DNA from: Azolla caroliniana
Lineage: Eukaryota; Plantae; Polypodiophyta
DNA: 64,000 nt
Direction of reading: 5' to 3'
Assembly: GCA_043228905.1 (NCBI GenBank)
Contig: JBHGNT010000020.1
Location: 5,022,001-5,086,000, forward strand
Shown: positions 12,401-27,079 of the stretch, piece after piece
Numbering within the stretch: the stretch's first letter is position 1
Layout of the letters: every line of letters starts with the position of its first letter
The notes under the pieces: generated by a model
The model's input: the letters and a program-made list of their open reading frames with translations, nothing else
What the model was told of the DNA's origin: nothing
Database searches by the model: none
Made by a program: the position numbers and the translations under genes

Positions 12401-14800
12401 GAGCCCCCGAGCAATCAAAGCACATCACGGCCTAGCCCGAAGATGGACAAAGGCAAGGCAAAAATGTCAGAATACGAAGACGATCGCTTCGACAATGATG
12501 AGTCGACGCACTCACTCGATAGTGAGTTCGGTAGCTTCGATATAACAATCGGAGCTAAGAAAGCCCTCATCTCTGCAAATGAAAAGCTTCGTCGCTCCAC
12601 CCGTGAAAAGAATCCGGTTAGCCGATTCAGCTACAACGACTACATGGCATATCACTATGCCTTTATGATGAAGGTGGCGACAATATGCGAGCCGGAAACA
12701 TTTTCCGACGCAGCCAAGGATCCGTGATGGATCGAATCCATGAACGAGGAGATGCAGGCACTACGCAAGAATGAGACGTGGGATCTCGTTCCCACCTCAC
12801 CACACAAAAAGGCGATCGGATGCAGATGGATTTACAAATTGAAGTACAACGCCGACGGTTCCGTCAACCACTACAAAGCACGACTCGTAGCGAAAGGCTA
12901 CACACAAATGCAAGGAGTCGACTATGAAGAAACCTTTGCCCTGGTGGCAAAGATGACGACGGTGCGGACCGTAATTGCACTCGCAACGGCGAAAGGGTGG
13001 CACCTCCACCAAATGGATGTCAAGAACGCCTTTCTACAAGGAGAATTAGAAGAGGTGGTGTACATGATACAACCACCCGGCTTCAACTCAAGCACCCATC
13101 CAAAAGCTGTATGCCGACTCAAGAAGCCACTCTACGGCCTCAAGCAAGCACCGCGTGCTTGGCATTCGAAGATAACGGAATATCTTCACCAAATCGGCTT
13201 CCGTATGTCAAAATCGAACAACTCCCTCTACGTACGAAGCGATTCCGCAAGTTTGATCGTCATCATCTTATATGTGGATAACCTAGTCATTGGAGGTGAG
13301 CATCTCGTTTAAATCAATAAGGTCAAATCCCTCCTTTCCGACAAGTTCGAGATGACGGACATGAAGGAGCTCCACTACTTCCTCACCATCGAGGTAATTT
13401 GGACTCCGGCCGGAATCATGATCTCTCAATGGCACTACATCCTCAACTTGTTATACAACTTTGGGATGGCTGAGTGCAAATCCACGGCAACACCGCTCGA
13501 TCGCAATCTCAAACTAGATGCGAACTCCGGCACCAAAGTGTGTGAGCCGACTTAGTATCGGCAACTCATCGGGAGTCTCATCTAGCGTGATACTCACTTG
13601 GATTGCGCTAAACGAGTTCTACGATACGTGAGCGGCACAATGGATTGCGGCATCCTCTACAAGACCGCGATGCCAATACGACTCAAGGGGTACACAGACA
13701 CCGATTGGGCCGGCTACAAAGCCGATAGAAGATCAACCTCCGGATTTGTTTTTTCCCTCGGCAGCGGAGCAATATCCTTGAGCAGCAAAAAGCAACCAAC
13801 CGTAGCTCTTTCGAGCACAGAGGCGGAATACAGGGCCACGACAGTGGCCGCATGTGAAGCCATATGGCTCAAAAAGATACTCAAGGATCTGGGCGTACCC
13901 ATCAAGGATCCGACTTCCCTTTACTGCGACAACATGAGCAGTATCTATCTGGCTCGGAACCAGTTGTTCCACGTGCGGAAAAGGCACATCGAGGTGCACT
14001 ATCACTTCATCCGAGAGCGCGCTCTAGCTGGCGATGTTGACCTACAACACATTAGCATAAATCTTCAAACAACCGGCATCTTCACTAAAGCCTTAGGAAT
14101 CAACAAGCTATGGCAATTCATGACCGATCTCGGATTGATGATCCCTGACCTGCCAAGCTTGAGGGGGAGTACTGAAGACACTACGCAATAATGTGTGGAT
14201 TCCGCAACCGCGCAACGAAGCTGCGAAGAGCCGATCTACCGCGCAATGTCGCGAAGAAAGATGCAAGCTGAAGCACAGTCTTCGCAACTATGCACAATGC
14301 AAGCTGGAGCACGGATTCCGGAACTCCGCATAAATGTGAGTGGACATGGACTCCGGAACGCGAGTCGAAGCGGATTTCGGATATCGTCTGAAACCGACCC
14401 AACTTGAGCTTGAGGGGGCGTGTTGAGAATCAAGCTCAACTTGGTCTAGTGTGTGAACTCACCTTGAGAGTGAATAGACACTCCAACGGTCAAGAGTCAC
14501 CATTATGTCACCTCTTTGTATTCTAGAATTTAGTATGAGTCATAGAATCATATTCTAGCACACATAACTTATGAGTTTTCACATTCCCCATGCTCCATGT
14601 GTCTTGTAGTTAATGAAGAGAGAGGGTGACTATATAAAGCACCCTCCTCCCACCTTGTGTTTTGTTGAGTTTTTCTCCTTTGTTAATATACTTTACCTTG
14701 CGTATTCTCTGTGTCTTACTCCTCATCTCTCTCTCTCTCTCATACATACACACAATTCACACCTATTCCGCTACACAAGAATCATACCCGATTATTTACA
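9438..14800 (+). mobile_element. Full-length Ty1/Copia retrotransposon (decayed)
   Basis: 380-bp LTRs 9438-9817 and 14421-14800 (TG...CA, ~8 substitutions by eye). TSD GGAAC, tRNA-iMet PBS tggtattagagc 9818-9829, PPT tgagggggcg, domain order gag-PR-INT-RT-RH. Confidence 0.97.
9980..14191 (+). pseudogene. Copia gag-pol polyprotein with stops, frameshifts and a small RT deletion
   Basis: Motifs [65 protein letters not shown] in consecutive ORFs. Confidence 0.93.
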
Positions 14801-17800
14801 GGAACAATATACAACTATTCAAAGAGATGATACGCTATTGTCAACCGAATCGGCTAGGCCGAGATCATCTCTATGCTCAAATCGACTTGGTCGAAAAACC
14901 TATGCCCGAGTCGATTGGGCCAAAGCCACAATTACGCTCATTAGTTGTCAAAGTAACTGAAACCAGTCAGACGAAAGACTCTAAGACTCTTGGTCATCCT
15001 GTCCACAACATTGTTGGCTGTAGAGATCTTCTCTAAGTCGAGCTTACCATTAGTCACACAATCCCGAACAAAGTGATACGGAACTTCAATATGTTTTGAG
15101 GTATTATGGTGTACTAGATTCTTCGATAATGCGACAACCCCATGATTGTCGCTGAAGACAACTAGCGCTGAATTCAGGTTGGTTTGCCGAAATGTGTAGA
15201 CCAATCAACTGAGCCATAATGCTTCTTTTGCTGCGTTAGACGAGGCTACATATTCAGCCTTGATTGTTGAAGTGGCCATGCATTCCTAAAATTTTGATCT
15301 CTACGAGATTACTGTGTGAAGTATCCAGATGTAGACTTTTGGTTGTCTAGGCAGTCGGCAAAATTCGAGTCAGCATAGCCGATTGTGCCTAAGTTTTTGT
15401 TCGGGCCGAATAGGATCCCAAGGACATGTGTACCCACTAAATATCTGAATATATAGTTAACTACAATCTAGTGTGGTCAGTCGGAGTTCTACATAAATCT
15501 ACTTATGAGTCCCATGACATGTGCTATATTGTTGCAATTGAACCGTAGATCTATGAGAAAGATAGATTGAAATGCACAACGCAGAAATAGAAAACAACAA
15601 GTCAACAGAGAATACACAGTACACAGGTTTTTACGTGGAAACCTTAAATAGGGGCAAACCACGGGCAACATATCTTCATTATGAACAGAGGTATAGGAAG
15701 GAAAAACAGATTACAAATCTCTACAAATCAGAGAATACCCACTTAGGGTTTTGGCTAGTGCCCTTTTCATCAGAAATCTTTTTCGGTTCAACATCAGTCG
15801 AAGCACCTTTGTCCCTTTTAAGGTGTCGATAGTCCTTCTAAAAATGTCTAGGTTTTCCACAGTTCAAACATGTGAGGTTTCCTTTGGACTTGGACCTGGC
15901 ATGGGACTTGTCTCTCTTTTGTGGACTTCTCTACTTGCTTCTTCCTCTACTAGAATGTTGTGCCACATTTGCCTCTGTCTGAGACAGGACACCCTTGTCC
16001 TTCCTTCTTGTTTCCTTGTTTAGGATACTTGTCTTTACCACTTGTAAAGATAAGTTTTCTTCTTGGCACGAGGTACTGAGAGACACCACCAGGTTCTCCC
16101 AGCTGTCCGGTAGGGTACATAGTAGTAACAAGGCATGCATAGCATAGAACTTTACGGCTCACAAGTTGATTTACCAACCCCATTATTAAAGTTAATATGT
16201 GGAAGCTTTGACAAACCGGTTTTTATCCAGATAGCAGTAGAAAACAGAGAATGAAGGTTTAGTGGAAGCTTAGGGACAAAGAATACACAAAGAGCAGAAA
16301 GCATGAACTCAATTCAAAATAATAACACTCTCTACATATAATGTGCTCAGTGAGTTCTTTTATACAAGCTCATAAAGGATTGACAAGTACTTCAATGCTC
16401 ATACAAGCGACTATCATTGACTCCCAAAAATATACCTACGCATTAAGCCAGATTCGTAGGCCTCTACCGGCCTACCGGTTACAATCCGATCCGGCTCTTG
16501 GTTCCGGATACCATCCAGACACCGATCCAGCTCTTGCTTATTTAGCCGATCCGGATCCGGTTGAGCTTGTCTACTCAACACTCCCCCTCAAGCTCAACTT
16601 GAGGTCGGATCGTGGCGTCAACGTCTGTGGTGGCCGGTTCTTCTCTCCAGCTCCTCTTCACATCCTCCTACCTAGCTCGCGCTCCTCGACCCGTTTGCTT
16701 CCGCTTTCCATGATCCGTCTGGTCCCGTGCACCTCAAACTTCTCGGTCGGCTTGTCTACTGATAAGGCCCATCTCAGCTCCTTTGCTGTTGCGACTCCAG
16801 CGTGTCTCAACCCGTCGGTTCCTCTGTATCGGTGTCAACTTCTACTGCCACCTCATCCGTTTGGCCTTCAGTTGATCGGGCTTCTCTAAATCAAGCACCG
16901 CTTCTGAATCGGGTGACTTCGATTCATTCCAACTCTTGTCCGAATTGATAATCTCCAATTCGTCCTTAATCTTCAAGCCCTTTACCACATCAGACCACAT
17001 CCGGGTCTTGGCCTTCTCCTTCCTGTCGGCTCTGTCCTTCTTGACTCTGCCGCCGTCGCCACTTGTTCTGACTTGTTTGGATGTGCTGACTTGTTCAGTC
17101 GACTCGGCTCCATTTTTCATCTTGTCTCCCCTTGTTGCGTTTGTTTCCTTCTCTCCGGTTGCTTGTTTGGTGCCCTCACCTATTTTCCCAGTTTCTGTTC
17201 CGGTTGTCTCTGTATCGGTCCCAGTTCTCCCCCTCAAGTGCAGCATGTCGAGATGTTGAAGACCAAGCATCTCCGATAAAATGTTGCAACTTGTCTAGGC
17301 CGAGAGGTTTGGTGAAGATGTTGGCAACATGTCGATCCGTCCGGACATACTGGAGTTCTACTTCACCATTGAGGACCCGCTTGCACACAAACTGATAATG
17401 CACTTCTATGTGCTTCGTCCGACCATTGAACACAGGGTTCTTGGCGAGCTACATGTTGCTCATGTTGTCTTAGTAGATCGGGATCAGAGTCGGGACTTCG
17501 ATCTGGAGGTCTTGGAGAAGCCGCCGAAGTCAAATGGCTTCATAGGTGGCAACGGTAGCGCCCCGATACTCAGAGTCAGTATTCGATATAGCTACAGTTG
17601 ATTGCGTTTGCTCCTCCACACAACAGTTGTGCTACCTAGAGAAAACATGAATACGGAAGTGGACCATCGATTCGATGCATCTCCAGCCCAGTCAATATCC
17701 ATATAACCGACTAGGTTCTCAGTTATACCGTGTCGGTATAACAGTCCCCCGGTCCTTAATGCCACTGACATACCTTAGTATTCGGTGTGCACATTGAAGG

Positions 17801-19449
17801 TCCTCCATGGATGGCTTCTGCATAAACTCACTGATTGCTCCGACCGAATAGCTAATGTCGGGTCGGGTGATCGACAATTTTTCTGAACCGTTTCTCATCG
17901 CAGGGTGGTCCAAAGTCAAAACGAGGCTTTAAGTTCTGGTCCAGGGGTGTGGAGTTTGGAGATTGGTCGGTAGTCCGTCATGTCGAACTTGTACAACATA
18001 TTCAGCACATAATGTCACTGAGATAACAATATGCCGTCGGGGGTATGGATCACTTCGATCCCGAAAGTAATGAAGGTCCCCTAGGTTCTTTATTCGAATG
18101 CGTCTGACAGTTGGGACTTCACTCGGCCGATTGCAGCAAGTCCGGGTCTAGTGATGACTAGATCATCTACATATAACATGATACATACCGGAACATTCAG
18201 ATGAATAGGGAAGGATTCGACTTCAAGACCACAAACCCCATCTTATGCAACCAGTGTGTGATCTTCGAATTCCAAGCATGTGGGGCTTACTTCAAGCTGT
18301 AAAGCGACTTCTTGAGTCAGCACACTACCGACTTGTTCATTTCTGACTAAAAACCAGGGGGTTGGATCATGTAGACCAGTTCTTCAAGGTCACCTTGAAG
18401 AAACGCTTTCTTCACATACATTTGGTGAGGATGTTACCCCCTTGCCGCACAAACCACCAACCCCACACGAACCGTCGTCATCTTCGCTAGTGGAGCGAAG
18501 GTCTCATCATAGTCGATTCCGTGGGTCTATGCATATCCTTTGGCCACTAACCGGGCCTTGTACCGGTTGACCGAACCATCAGCATTGTACTTCACCTTGT
18601 ATACCCACTTGCAACCAATCAGTTTGCAATGTTAGGGAGGGTCAACCAGGTGCCACGGGTCGTTAGCATCAAGTGCCTTCATCTCTTTCTCCATAGGAGC
18701 ACATCAATGTGCGTCCTTTGCCGCTTCTACATAGCTCTCCGGCTCACGCACTGCTGCCACCTTTGCCATGTACGCATAATGATGCACCATATACTCATTG
18801 TACCCGTACCTCTTCACGGGGTTCTTTTGGCGAGTGGATCGGCGTAACCTCTCGTTAGCCGATTTCAAGGCCCTCTTGGCCTGCTCAGACTTCGTTCCTG
18901 AGGGTCTGTCTTCGTTCTTCCCGGAGTCGTACTCACTCCGATCCGACTCGTCTCTGCCAAAGTCATATTCTGGCATCTTCTTCTTCCCCTTTTCCTTGCG
19001 TGTGAACCGTCTTCTCGGTTCCTTGCGTGGGGAAAGCATGACCGAGTCTTCGTTGCTTGCTGGTTCATCATCTTGCTGGTCCTTCCGACTCAATGCTTCA
19101 TTCGGCCCGCTTAGCTGAAATGAGATCAGACACTCCTTCTTCATCTTCTGCCCAGATCATTTCGGGTTCACTGGCCTCATCCTCTGGAATTGAGTTAGAG
19201 TCGGACATATGAGCCGGTAGAGAGTACCATGATGTCGAGTCATAAAATTCGACTTCTCGGCTCACTCGAACTTGTTTTGTTCGGCGGTTATAACATTTAT
19301 AACCCTTTTGTTCATGTGAGTAGCCGGCAAGGATGCACTTCTCCGACTTCTGTTCTAGCTTTCACTGCCTCTCTTCAGGCACTGCTCATATGCAATGCTA
19401 CCGAAGATCTTAAGGTGCCTTAAATTCGGCTTCCGCCCGAAATACTCCA

Positions 19450-22400
19450 ATAGCCGACCGATCCTGAACTTGGACGAAACAATCGGCCAAGTCCTCACAG
19501 AGGACATCAGGTGAAAATCGATGGGACTAACCATCGATGAGTCAGCAAAAGCCCATCACTCGACCAAGTCATTCGACCGATAGAGTCGAATGAAAGAACA
19601 AGCCGACAGAAGCGATCGACGCTACAACCGATCAAAAATAAGGGGAGACCGACAACGGTCAAAGTCAAAAATGGGACGATCAAGCGAGTACTACACACAT
19701 TGCAGGAAAGCTGGCCACAATGTTTTCGACAACTGGTCATTAAAAAGAAAAAGGAGTGGTCGGAGATCGGAGCAGAATCCGGGACGTTCCAACTTGGATC
19801 ACTCTCTAGTCGGCAACCAGATCAACGTTGCCGAGACCCGATCTGGAGAAATCCTCTCCTTAGAGGACTCAATGATCGAAGAAATCCTCTACAGTGCACA
19901 AGTTGCACACACGTGGCTATTAGACTATGGCGCCACATTACACGTGACCCCCAACATTGAATGGTTCTCGAACTATTCAGTCGACGCCAGCGGCATAGTC
20001 CGACTGGGAAATGGGTAGGAGTGCAAGATAGTCGAAACCGGGAAAGTTCCCATCAAATTGCCAAATGGCAACACAATAACCCTGCACCGAGTTCGACACG
20101 TACCCGATCTAAAGAGGTGTCTGGTCTCCATCGACATGTTAGCTGAAGACGGGTATAGAACAACTCTACATGAGTCGACATGGGTGATCAGCCGAGGAAA
20201 CCTCAAAATCGGTAGTAGGTACAAGTATAATAATCTATACCCATTGATGGCGATCAACCCTGAAGGGGCCGTCAACATAGCTAAGAAAACAGACCCGAAC
20301 TTATGGCATGGCTGACTTGATCGGCTGATGTCGGTCGGCTACATCCCTAAACTCTAGGCAAAGACGGACTTCTGCGAGCATTGTCGATATGGGAAACAGA
20401 CCCGAAGTCCGCACTCTCTCCACTACGAGATGGTACGTCAGCCCCTAGAGCTCTCGTACACAGAAAGTTTGGGCATACTCCATCAAGTCCAAAGATGAAG
20501 CGCTCGAGGTCTTCACTCGATGGATATTTGAAGTTGAGAATCGGTCGGGATAGAGAGTGAAGACACTTTGATCTGACAACGGAGGTGAGTACACCTCTAA
20601 AGCCTTAAAAAAGTACTTGTCTGGGAAAGGGATCCGACACCAAAAGACCGTTCCCTACACACCCATGCAAAATGGAGTGGCAAAACGGATCAACACGACG
20701 ATCGAGGAGAGGGTGACAACAATGCTCCAGCAAGCCGGACTGAAGCTGGAATTTTGGGCGAGACATTGCAAACGACAGTACCGATAAATCTAGCGCCGTC
20801 AAAAGCAATCAGGCTCGAAGTGCCACAAGCACTATGGTCAGGCAAACAACTGACCTACAATAGGCTCCGTATATTCAGATGCGAAGCCTACGCATTCATC
20901 CCCAGGGACAAAAGGACGAGGTTGGCACCCCATGCAACAAAGTGCATATTTCTCGGTTATGGAACCGATGGGGACTTCGGCTACCGGCTATGGGACCTTG
21001 AGAACCGGAAAATGATCCGGAGCAGCGACGTAGTCTTCAATGAAGACTCCATCTTCTCTCAGCGGAACCAACAGAAAACAGTTGATAAGAAGGTATCCTC
21101 CGAAGATGACAACACTATCGTAGAAGGACCGACCCACCAGGATGAATCAGAGACTCGACAAACAGTCGAACTCTAACAAGCTGACAACTTCCCTGCCGAC
21201 ATCGAATCGGCAATAAGTCCTATCGTCGAACTCAAAGACAAAGTCATCAAAGACACAACCGAATCGACAAAGATTGATAAAGGCAAAGTAACCAAGAGAC
21301 AAGTCCAAATAGAGTCGACGACAACCACGGGGGAGGATAACCAAACACTGTCTAAATCCCAATCTGGGGACGAGACACCTAACAAGACTCCTAATACAGA
21401 TGATTCAACTAATACCGATCGACCAACAGAGCTGATCGAAGGATCAGAACCAAACATCTCGGCACACAGGAGATCTGGATGAGCTCGAAGGCAAACAGAG
21501 TTCTACCAACCGGGCCTTGACTACGTGAAATACACAGATGCAAGCAAATCAAGCACCTATGAAGAAGCTATGACCGCGCCGGAGACTGAAACATGGCTAC
21601 AAGCCATGAAATCCAAAAATGGACTCAATTCATTAGAATCAGACATGGGAGCCGGTCGAACTACCAGCTGGAAGGAAGCTGCTACCCTGCAAATGGGTTT
21701 TCCGATACAAGTAAGCATCTGACTTAGAGAAACCCAAGTACAAAGCTCGGCTTGTTGCGAAAGGTTCCAAACAAGAATATGGGGTCGACTACGACGAGAT
21801 ATTCTCACCAGTAGTCAAGATGGACACCCTCCAACTCCTACTAGGAGTCATGGCGACAGAAGATCTAGAGCTCGAGCTGATGGACGTAAAGACGACATTC
21901 CTACACGGAGATCTGGAAGAAGACATATACATGACTCAACCGATAGGCTTCACGGCGACAAGGGAGGACAATCACCTCGTATGTTGACTAAAGAAAAGTC
22001 TATATGGCCTAAAACAAGCGCCGAGAATGTGGTACCAGAAGTTTAACTCCTACATACGACAACTTGGATACAACAGATCAGACTCTGACCCATGCATGTA
22101 CATTCGACAACTGGCTGACGAGTCCACAGTCTATCTGATCCTATACGTTGACGACATGTTGATTGCAGGAAGCAATCAAGCAGAGATCAGTAAACTGAAG
22201 TGGAGCCTTCACGAAAAGTTCGCGATGAAGGAACTTAGACAAGCCAGACACATACTGGGCATGAGGATAGAGTGAAATCGGACGACCAAAACTCTCTGAC
22301 TCTCCCAGTCCGAATACATCTACAAGGTGTTGAAGTGCTTCAACATGGAGAATGTGAAGCCAACACCGACACTGCTTCTGACGTCGATCGAAATATCGGA

Positions 22401-23614
22401 TAGAGACTCTCCTTCGACGGACAAGGAGAGAGAACTTAATGGAAAGATACCCTATGCATCAGCAGTAGGAAGTATCATGTACACAATGGTGGCGACCCGA
22501 CCCGACCTAGCCTATGTTGTAGGGGTGATCAGCCGGTACATGTCAAACCCAGGTAAGAAGCATTGGGAGGCCGTCAAGCACATCCTTAGGTATCTAAAAG
22601 GAACCTTGGATGTACAACTGACTTTCGGATTAACAACCTTAGCCGAAGTCGAAGGCTACACTGATTCTGACTTTGCCGGAAATGCAAATAATCGGAAATC
22701 GACATCAAGCTACATCTTCTCCTATGGTGGCGAGGCGATATCATGGAGGTCAAAACTTCAAGAGTGCATGGCTCTGTCTACCACAGAAGCCGAGTACATA
22801 GCAACATCGGAAGCAGCGAAGGAAGCGATTTGGCTGCACTGACTGACTGCCGACTTCGGAACTACAAGCCAAAACGACCAACCAACGTTGACCATCTATT
22901 GTGACTCACAGAGCGCAATACACCTTATCAACAATCCCTTCTATCATGCGAAGATGAAGCACATTGAGGTGCGGTATCATCATATATGGGAGCTCGTAAA
23001 CGAAAAGAAACTCGAAGTCCGGATATCAACACCGAGGTGAACATCGCCGATTGCCTGATGAAGCCATTCCCAGATCTACACTTCGGAGCACTAAGGACGA
23101 AAATGGGGCTACGACAAGAGACCGAGCAAAAGAAAGTTCAATGAGGAGCAGAAGGTAAGATCTGATATGAACAATAACGACACATCCTATACATCTGCTG
23201 ACTCGGTTGCATGCTGACCGACTTGTAACATATAAACTTAGATCAATTTTGTAATCTAGGCTTACGGGGGAGATAACCCCAAATACTTGTACATGCAAGA
23301 AAGAGTAGTCCTTTTACGGGGGAGTTTGTTGGCATAAAAGGCCGACTCCTTCCAAGTTGTATCCGTTCGAGTGTGATCTCATCAATAAGTTAGGGCTTAG
23401 TATATAAGCGAATACCTAACATTGTATAGAGTGATGAGTAACAGAGAGATGAACGGGTTGTGCATTGTATATCAGAGCATGAAGCAATAAAGCTTTCCAT
23501 TAGAGCTTGCACTGTGTAAATCCACGCCTACTCTATTTTCTGTCTGCATTGTTTGTTGTATAGAACCGACAACAGATCCATACACATTTCCGCAAATCGC
23601 ACTCGTTACCGACA
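19450..23614 (+). mobile_element. 5'-truncated Tnt1/Tork-like Copia nested in the integrase of the 16184-26469 element
   Basis: WLLDYGATLHVT protease, GCEAY-type integrase end, LYVDDMLI RT, YTDSDFAG RNase H; PPT acgggggagtt; LTR 23327-23614. Confidence 0.88.
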
Positions 23615-23792
23615 AAACTTGGGCATGGTCTTCTCTTCTAGCATTGCCCATGCCACCTCCACAATTGACCGGTTCTTCCTTTCGACCACACCATTTTGTT
23701 CCGGTGTGTATCTGCACCTGAATTCCCTTCGAATTCCTTTCTATTGCAGATAATTATTGAATTGTTCAGAAAAAAATATTCTTCATCTGAGC

Positions 23793-24631
23793 CAAGGTTG
23801 TTAGGTACGTTAGGTACGGTACAGATACCATACGTATTTAACTTATTAATACCCGTATAGTACCTCCCAATTTAAAAATACGTTAAATACGTTTTCTTAA
23901 TATGTTAAATACTTATAAAATATGTTAAATACGTAAAATACATATTTTACGTATAGTACGTTAAATACTTCTAGAACTTGAAAATTATTTACCTTTCTAA
24001 AAAATATCTATAATATTGTAAAAAACATCTATGTTTACACAATTTTGTGATGTACAATATAGTTCTACATCCTAAAATGCATATAAGACATTTGAACATT
24101 TCACATCCTAAAATACTTGTAATAATATGGATGTCAACATTCCCTTATTCTATAAATCAGTGTAAGTGTGTATCACGATGTTCTACTTCAAATTGTAATT
24201 ATTTACAATTATGCCTTCATAGATTGACGAATCGTCTACGATTATCATGCTCATGATAGGTTTCTCTTTTCTTCATTTTCTTCTTCTTCTTCTATCTTCT
24301 GCGATTATCACACTCAAGACAGGTTTATGTCTTCTTTTCTCTCTTCTTCTTCTTCATCTTCTTCATCGTTGTCTCTTCTATTCTTCTTTCTTCCTTCCTT
24401 TGGCTTCTTTTTCACTAAAATCATTTTTTTCTTTTGCTTTTTGTTAGGGTTTTACTTACATTTTCTTTATAAATACGTATTATACCTGTTGTTTTATAAA
24501 TACGTCAAATACCGTATTGGACAAACGTACATGATATTTGATTGAACAACATTGAGGTATAGTACGTACTATACAAATGATGAGGTACTATATGTATTTA
24601 AACATTAAATACGGGTACGTAAACAACCATG
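23793..24631. mobile_element. Non-autonomous hAT-type DNA transposon
   Basis: Terminal inverted repeats CA(A/T)GGTTGTT, perfect 8-bp TSD ATCTGAGC (23785-23792 and 24632-24639), subterminal TACGT/AATACG repeats, AT-rich non-coding interior. Confidence 0.9.
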
Positions 24632-27079
24632 ATCTGAGCGCATGCACTTGATCTTCCTTTTCGTTTCCTGTTCTACAAGACTTTGCAGGTTTCGGAAGCA
24701 GTCGAGGACTTTGCTTTTCTTCTCTATGAGGTAGATCCACGTGTGCTGACTGTAGTCGTCGATGAAGGAGATGAAATATCGGTTCCTGCCAAGACTAGCG
24801 TTATGTGTTGGTCCCCATACATCCGAATGTATTAGATTAAGCTTGTTACGGATCTTGTTTCTTTTGGTGGGGAGCGGAAGCCGATGTTGCTTCCCGAGCT
24901 GGCAGACTTCACAAATTTGGGCATTCCAACCACTGAATTTCAGAAATCCAGAAACAACCTGTTTCGATTGCAGGTCTTGAAGCCTCAGGTAATTGATGTG
25001 GCCGATCTGCTTATGCGACATATCGATATCCAACTCGATCCTCTGACACTTTGCGAACAAAACGACGCCCACGTCATTGGTGTTGAGGATGAACATCCTC
25101 CCATCCCGGCGCCCTTGCATGATGATCCGACCCTCTTCTTCAATGAAGCACCCGAGGTGCGTAAACCACACCTGCATCCCCTAGTCGGCGATCTGCCCCA
25201 CCGACACTAGGTTTTTTGTGATTGTCAGAACATGTAATACGTTCATCGGTTTGACATGGCTTAAAGGGACTTCTCCAACATGCACAATCGGGCAAGGAGT
25301 GTCATCTCCGGTCTCAAAAACTCCCGATTGCTCCAACTTTTGCAGAAAGGAGAACCACTCTTCGTGGCTTGTCATGTGGTTAGACACTCCGGAGTCAACG
25401 TACCACACTTCCTACAATCCGGAAGTTTTCTTCTTCATGGAGTTCACCTTGTGCTTCATAAAAAAGGTTGGCCCTTCTCCCCTCTTACCAGTTTCGGATC
25501 CTTCCGATCCTTCTGCGTAGTGCGAGCTTTGTCGGATCCGGATTTATCCGAATCAGCACGCTTCTTCCAACACTCGCTTTCTCGGTGGCCCGAGTGCGTT
25601 GCAAATCTCCTTGATCTTGGTGGTGTAGTTGGTGACCGACATGTCCCGTTGTCTAATGTTGTTCAGGTCTTGCCGAAGCTGCCACTTCCGGGTCGTGGTA
25701 CTTATGGCTAAAATCTTCCGGAGATTTCCCAGGCCTCATTCGGTGACTTTTCATCTCTAATGTAGCCAAGCATCTGGTCATGCACACAGGACGCGAGGCA
25801 GTACAACACCCTACTCACTCCTTGCTCCCTAACCGTGAACTCCTTGTGTGCCGAATCCAGCGTTGCTTCATTTGCACCTTCCACATAGCTCCAGTATGCA
25901 TGCCCTAGTAGGTACTGGTACATTTTATACGACTAGGACGCATAGTTGCTCCGGTTGAGCTTTTCTATCGGAAGCGAGCTCACAATGCTTCTGTCCACAC
26001 CTTCTCTTTTTGGTCTATTCTTTTACCCGTGGTTAGGGTTTGTCTTCAAAAAAAATGCTTGTCAGCAGCAGAGGTTCTCAACCCTCGCACTTTGATACCA
26101 TGTTCAAGTTAATATGCAGAAGCTTTGACAAACCAGTTTATCTGGATAGCAACAGAAGGTTTAATGGAAGCTTAGGAACATATAATACACATAAGAGACA
26201 TAGAGAGAAAAAAGCATGAACTCAATTCAAAATAATAACACTTTGTACATACAATGTGCTAAGTGAGCACTTTTATAAAAGTCCATAAAGGACTGACAGA
26301 AGTACTGACAAGTACTTCAATGCTCATACGTGCGACTGACACTCACTCCCAAAACTATACCTACGTACTAGGCTAGATTTGTAGGCCTCTAATGGCCTAC
26401 CGGTTACAATCCGATCCGGCTCTTGCTTATTCGGCCGATTCGGATGCGGTTGAGCTTGTCCGCTCAACACCCATGAAGGTGTTAATGTGTAACACAATGC
26501 TTTCTCCATCTCTATATGTTAGTCTCAAAATCTTTCTCATCAAAGAAGTTTTGTTGATCGCATTCTTCATCTCGTACAACCCTGATAGTTTGTGCCACAT
26601 TTCCTAGGCGTTTGTATCGTTAGCCATGTGATGTAGGACACTCATGTCTACACATTGTTTGATGGTGGCCACTGCCTTCATGTTCAAGAGCTTCCACTTA
26701 GACTCCAACACCCCTATGGGTATCTCCTCTCTGTCTATAGGCTCGTACACATCTTGGACTATAAGAAGATCATCCATCTTGATCTTCCAATCTGCATAGT
26801 TGTGTGAGTTCAGGACTATCATCCTTGGGAAACCATTCACACCTCCTTCCATCTTGCACCTCAAGCTCTGATACCAGTTTGTTGCAATGAAACAGTAGAT
26901 CTATGAGAAAGATAGACTGAAATGCACAACATTGAAATAGAAAAGAACAAGTCGACAGAGAATACATAGGACACAAGTTTTTACATAGAAACCTTAAACA
27001 GGGGAAAACCATGGGCAATAGATCTTCACTATGAACAAAGGTGCAGGAAGGAAAAACATATTACAAATCTCTGCTAGTT

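Larger units (their letters stand above)
9020..15529 (-). mobile_element. 3' remnant of an old Copia (RT/RNase H fragments ~14940-15529, 3' UTR, PPT 9388-9396, LTR starting at 9387), split by the 9438-14800 insertion
   Basis: RNase H motif SDNHGVVALSKN...KHIEVPYHFVRD; PPT gcgggggaa followed by TGTCGA. Left boundary approximate. Confidence 0.7.
16184..26469 (-). mobile_element. Old full-length Copia (same superfamily type as 9438-14800) carrying two nested insertions
   Basis: LTRs 16184-16580 and 26101-26469 (diverged, with indels). TSD CCCAT, PBS tggtatcaaa 26091-26100, PPT 16581-16590, fragmented gag/PR/INT/RT/RH. Confidence 0.92.
15530..27075 (-). mobile_element. Tnt1/Tork-like Copia deletion derivative (5' LTR from 26880, PBS 26865-26876, gag ATG 26852, 3' LTR remnant 15530-15750), hosting the 16184-26469 element
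   Basis: LTR pieces at 15530 and 26880 are highly similar. gag MEGGVNGFPRMIVLNSHNYADWKIKM...HINTFMG|LVNQLV is split at the CCCAT TSD. pol is absent. Confidence 0.85.
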
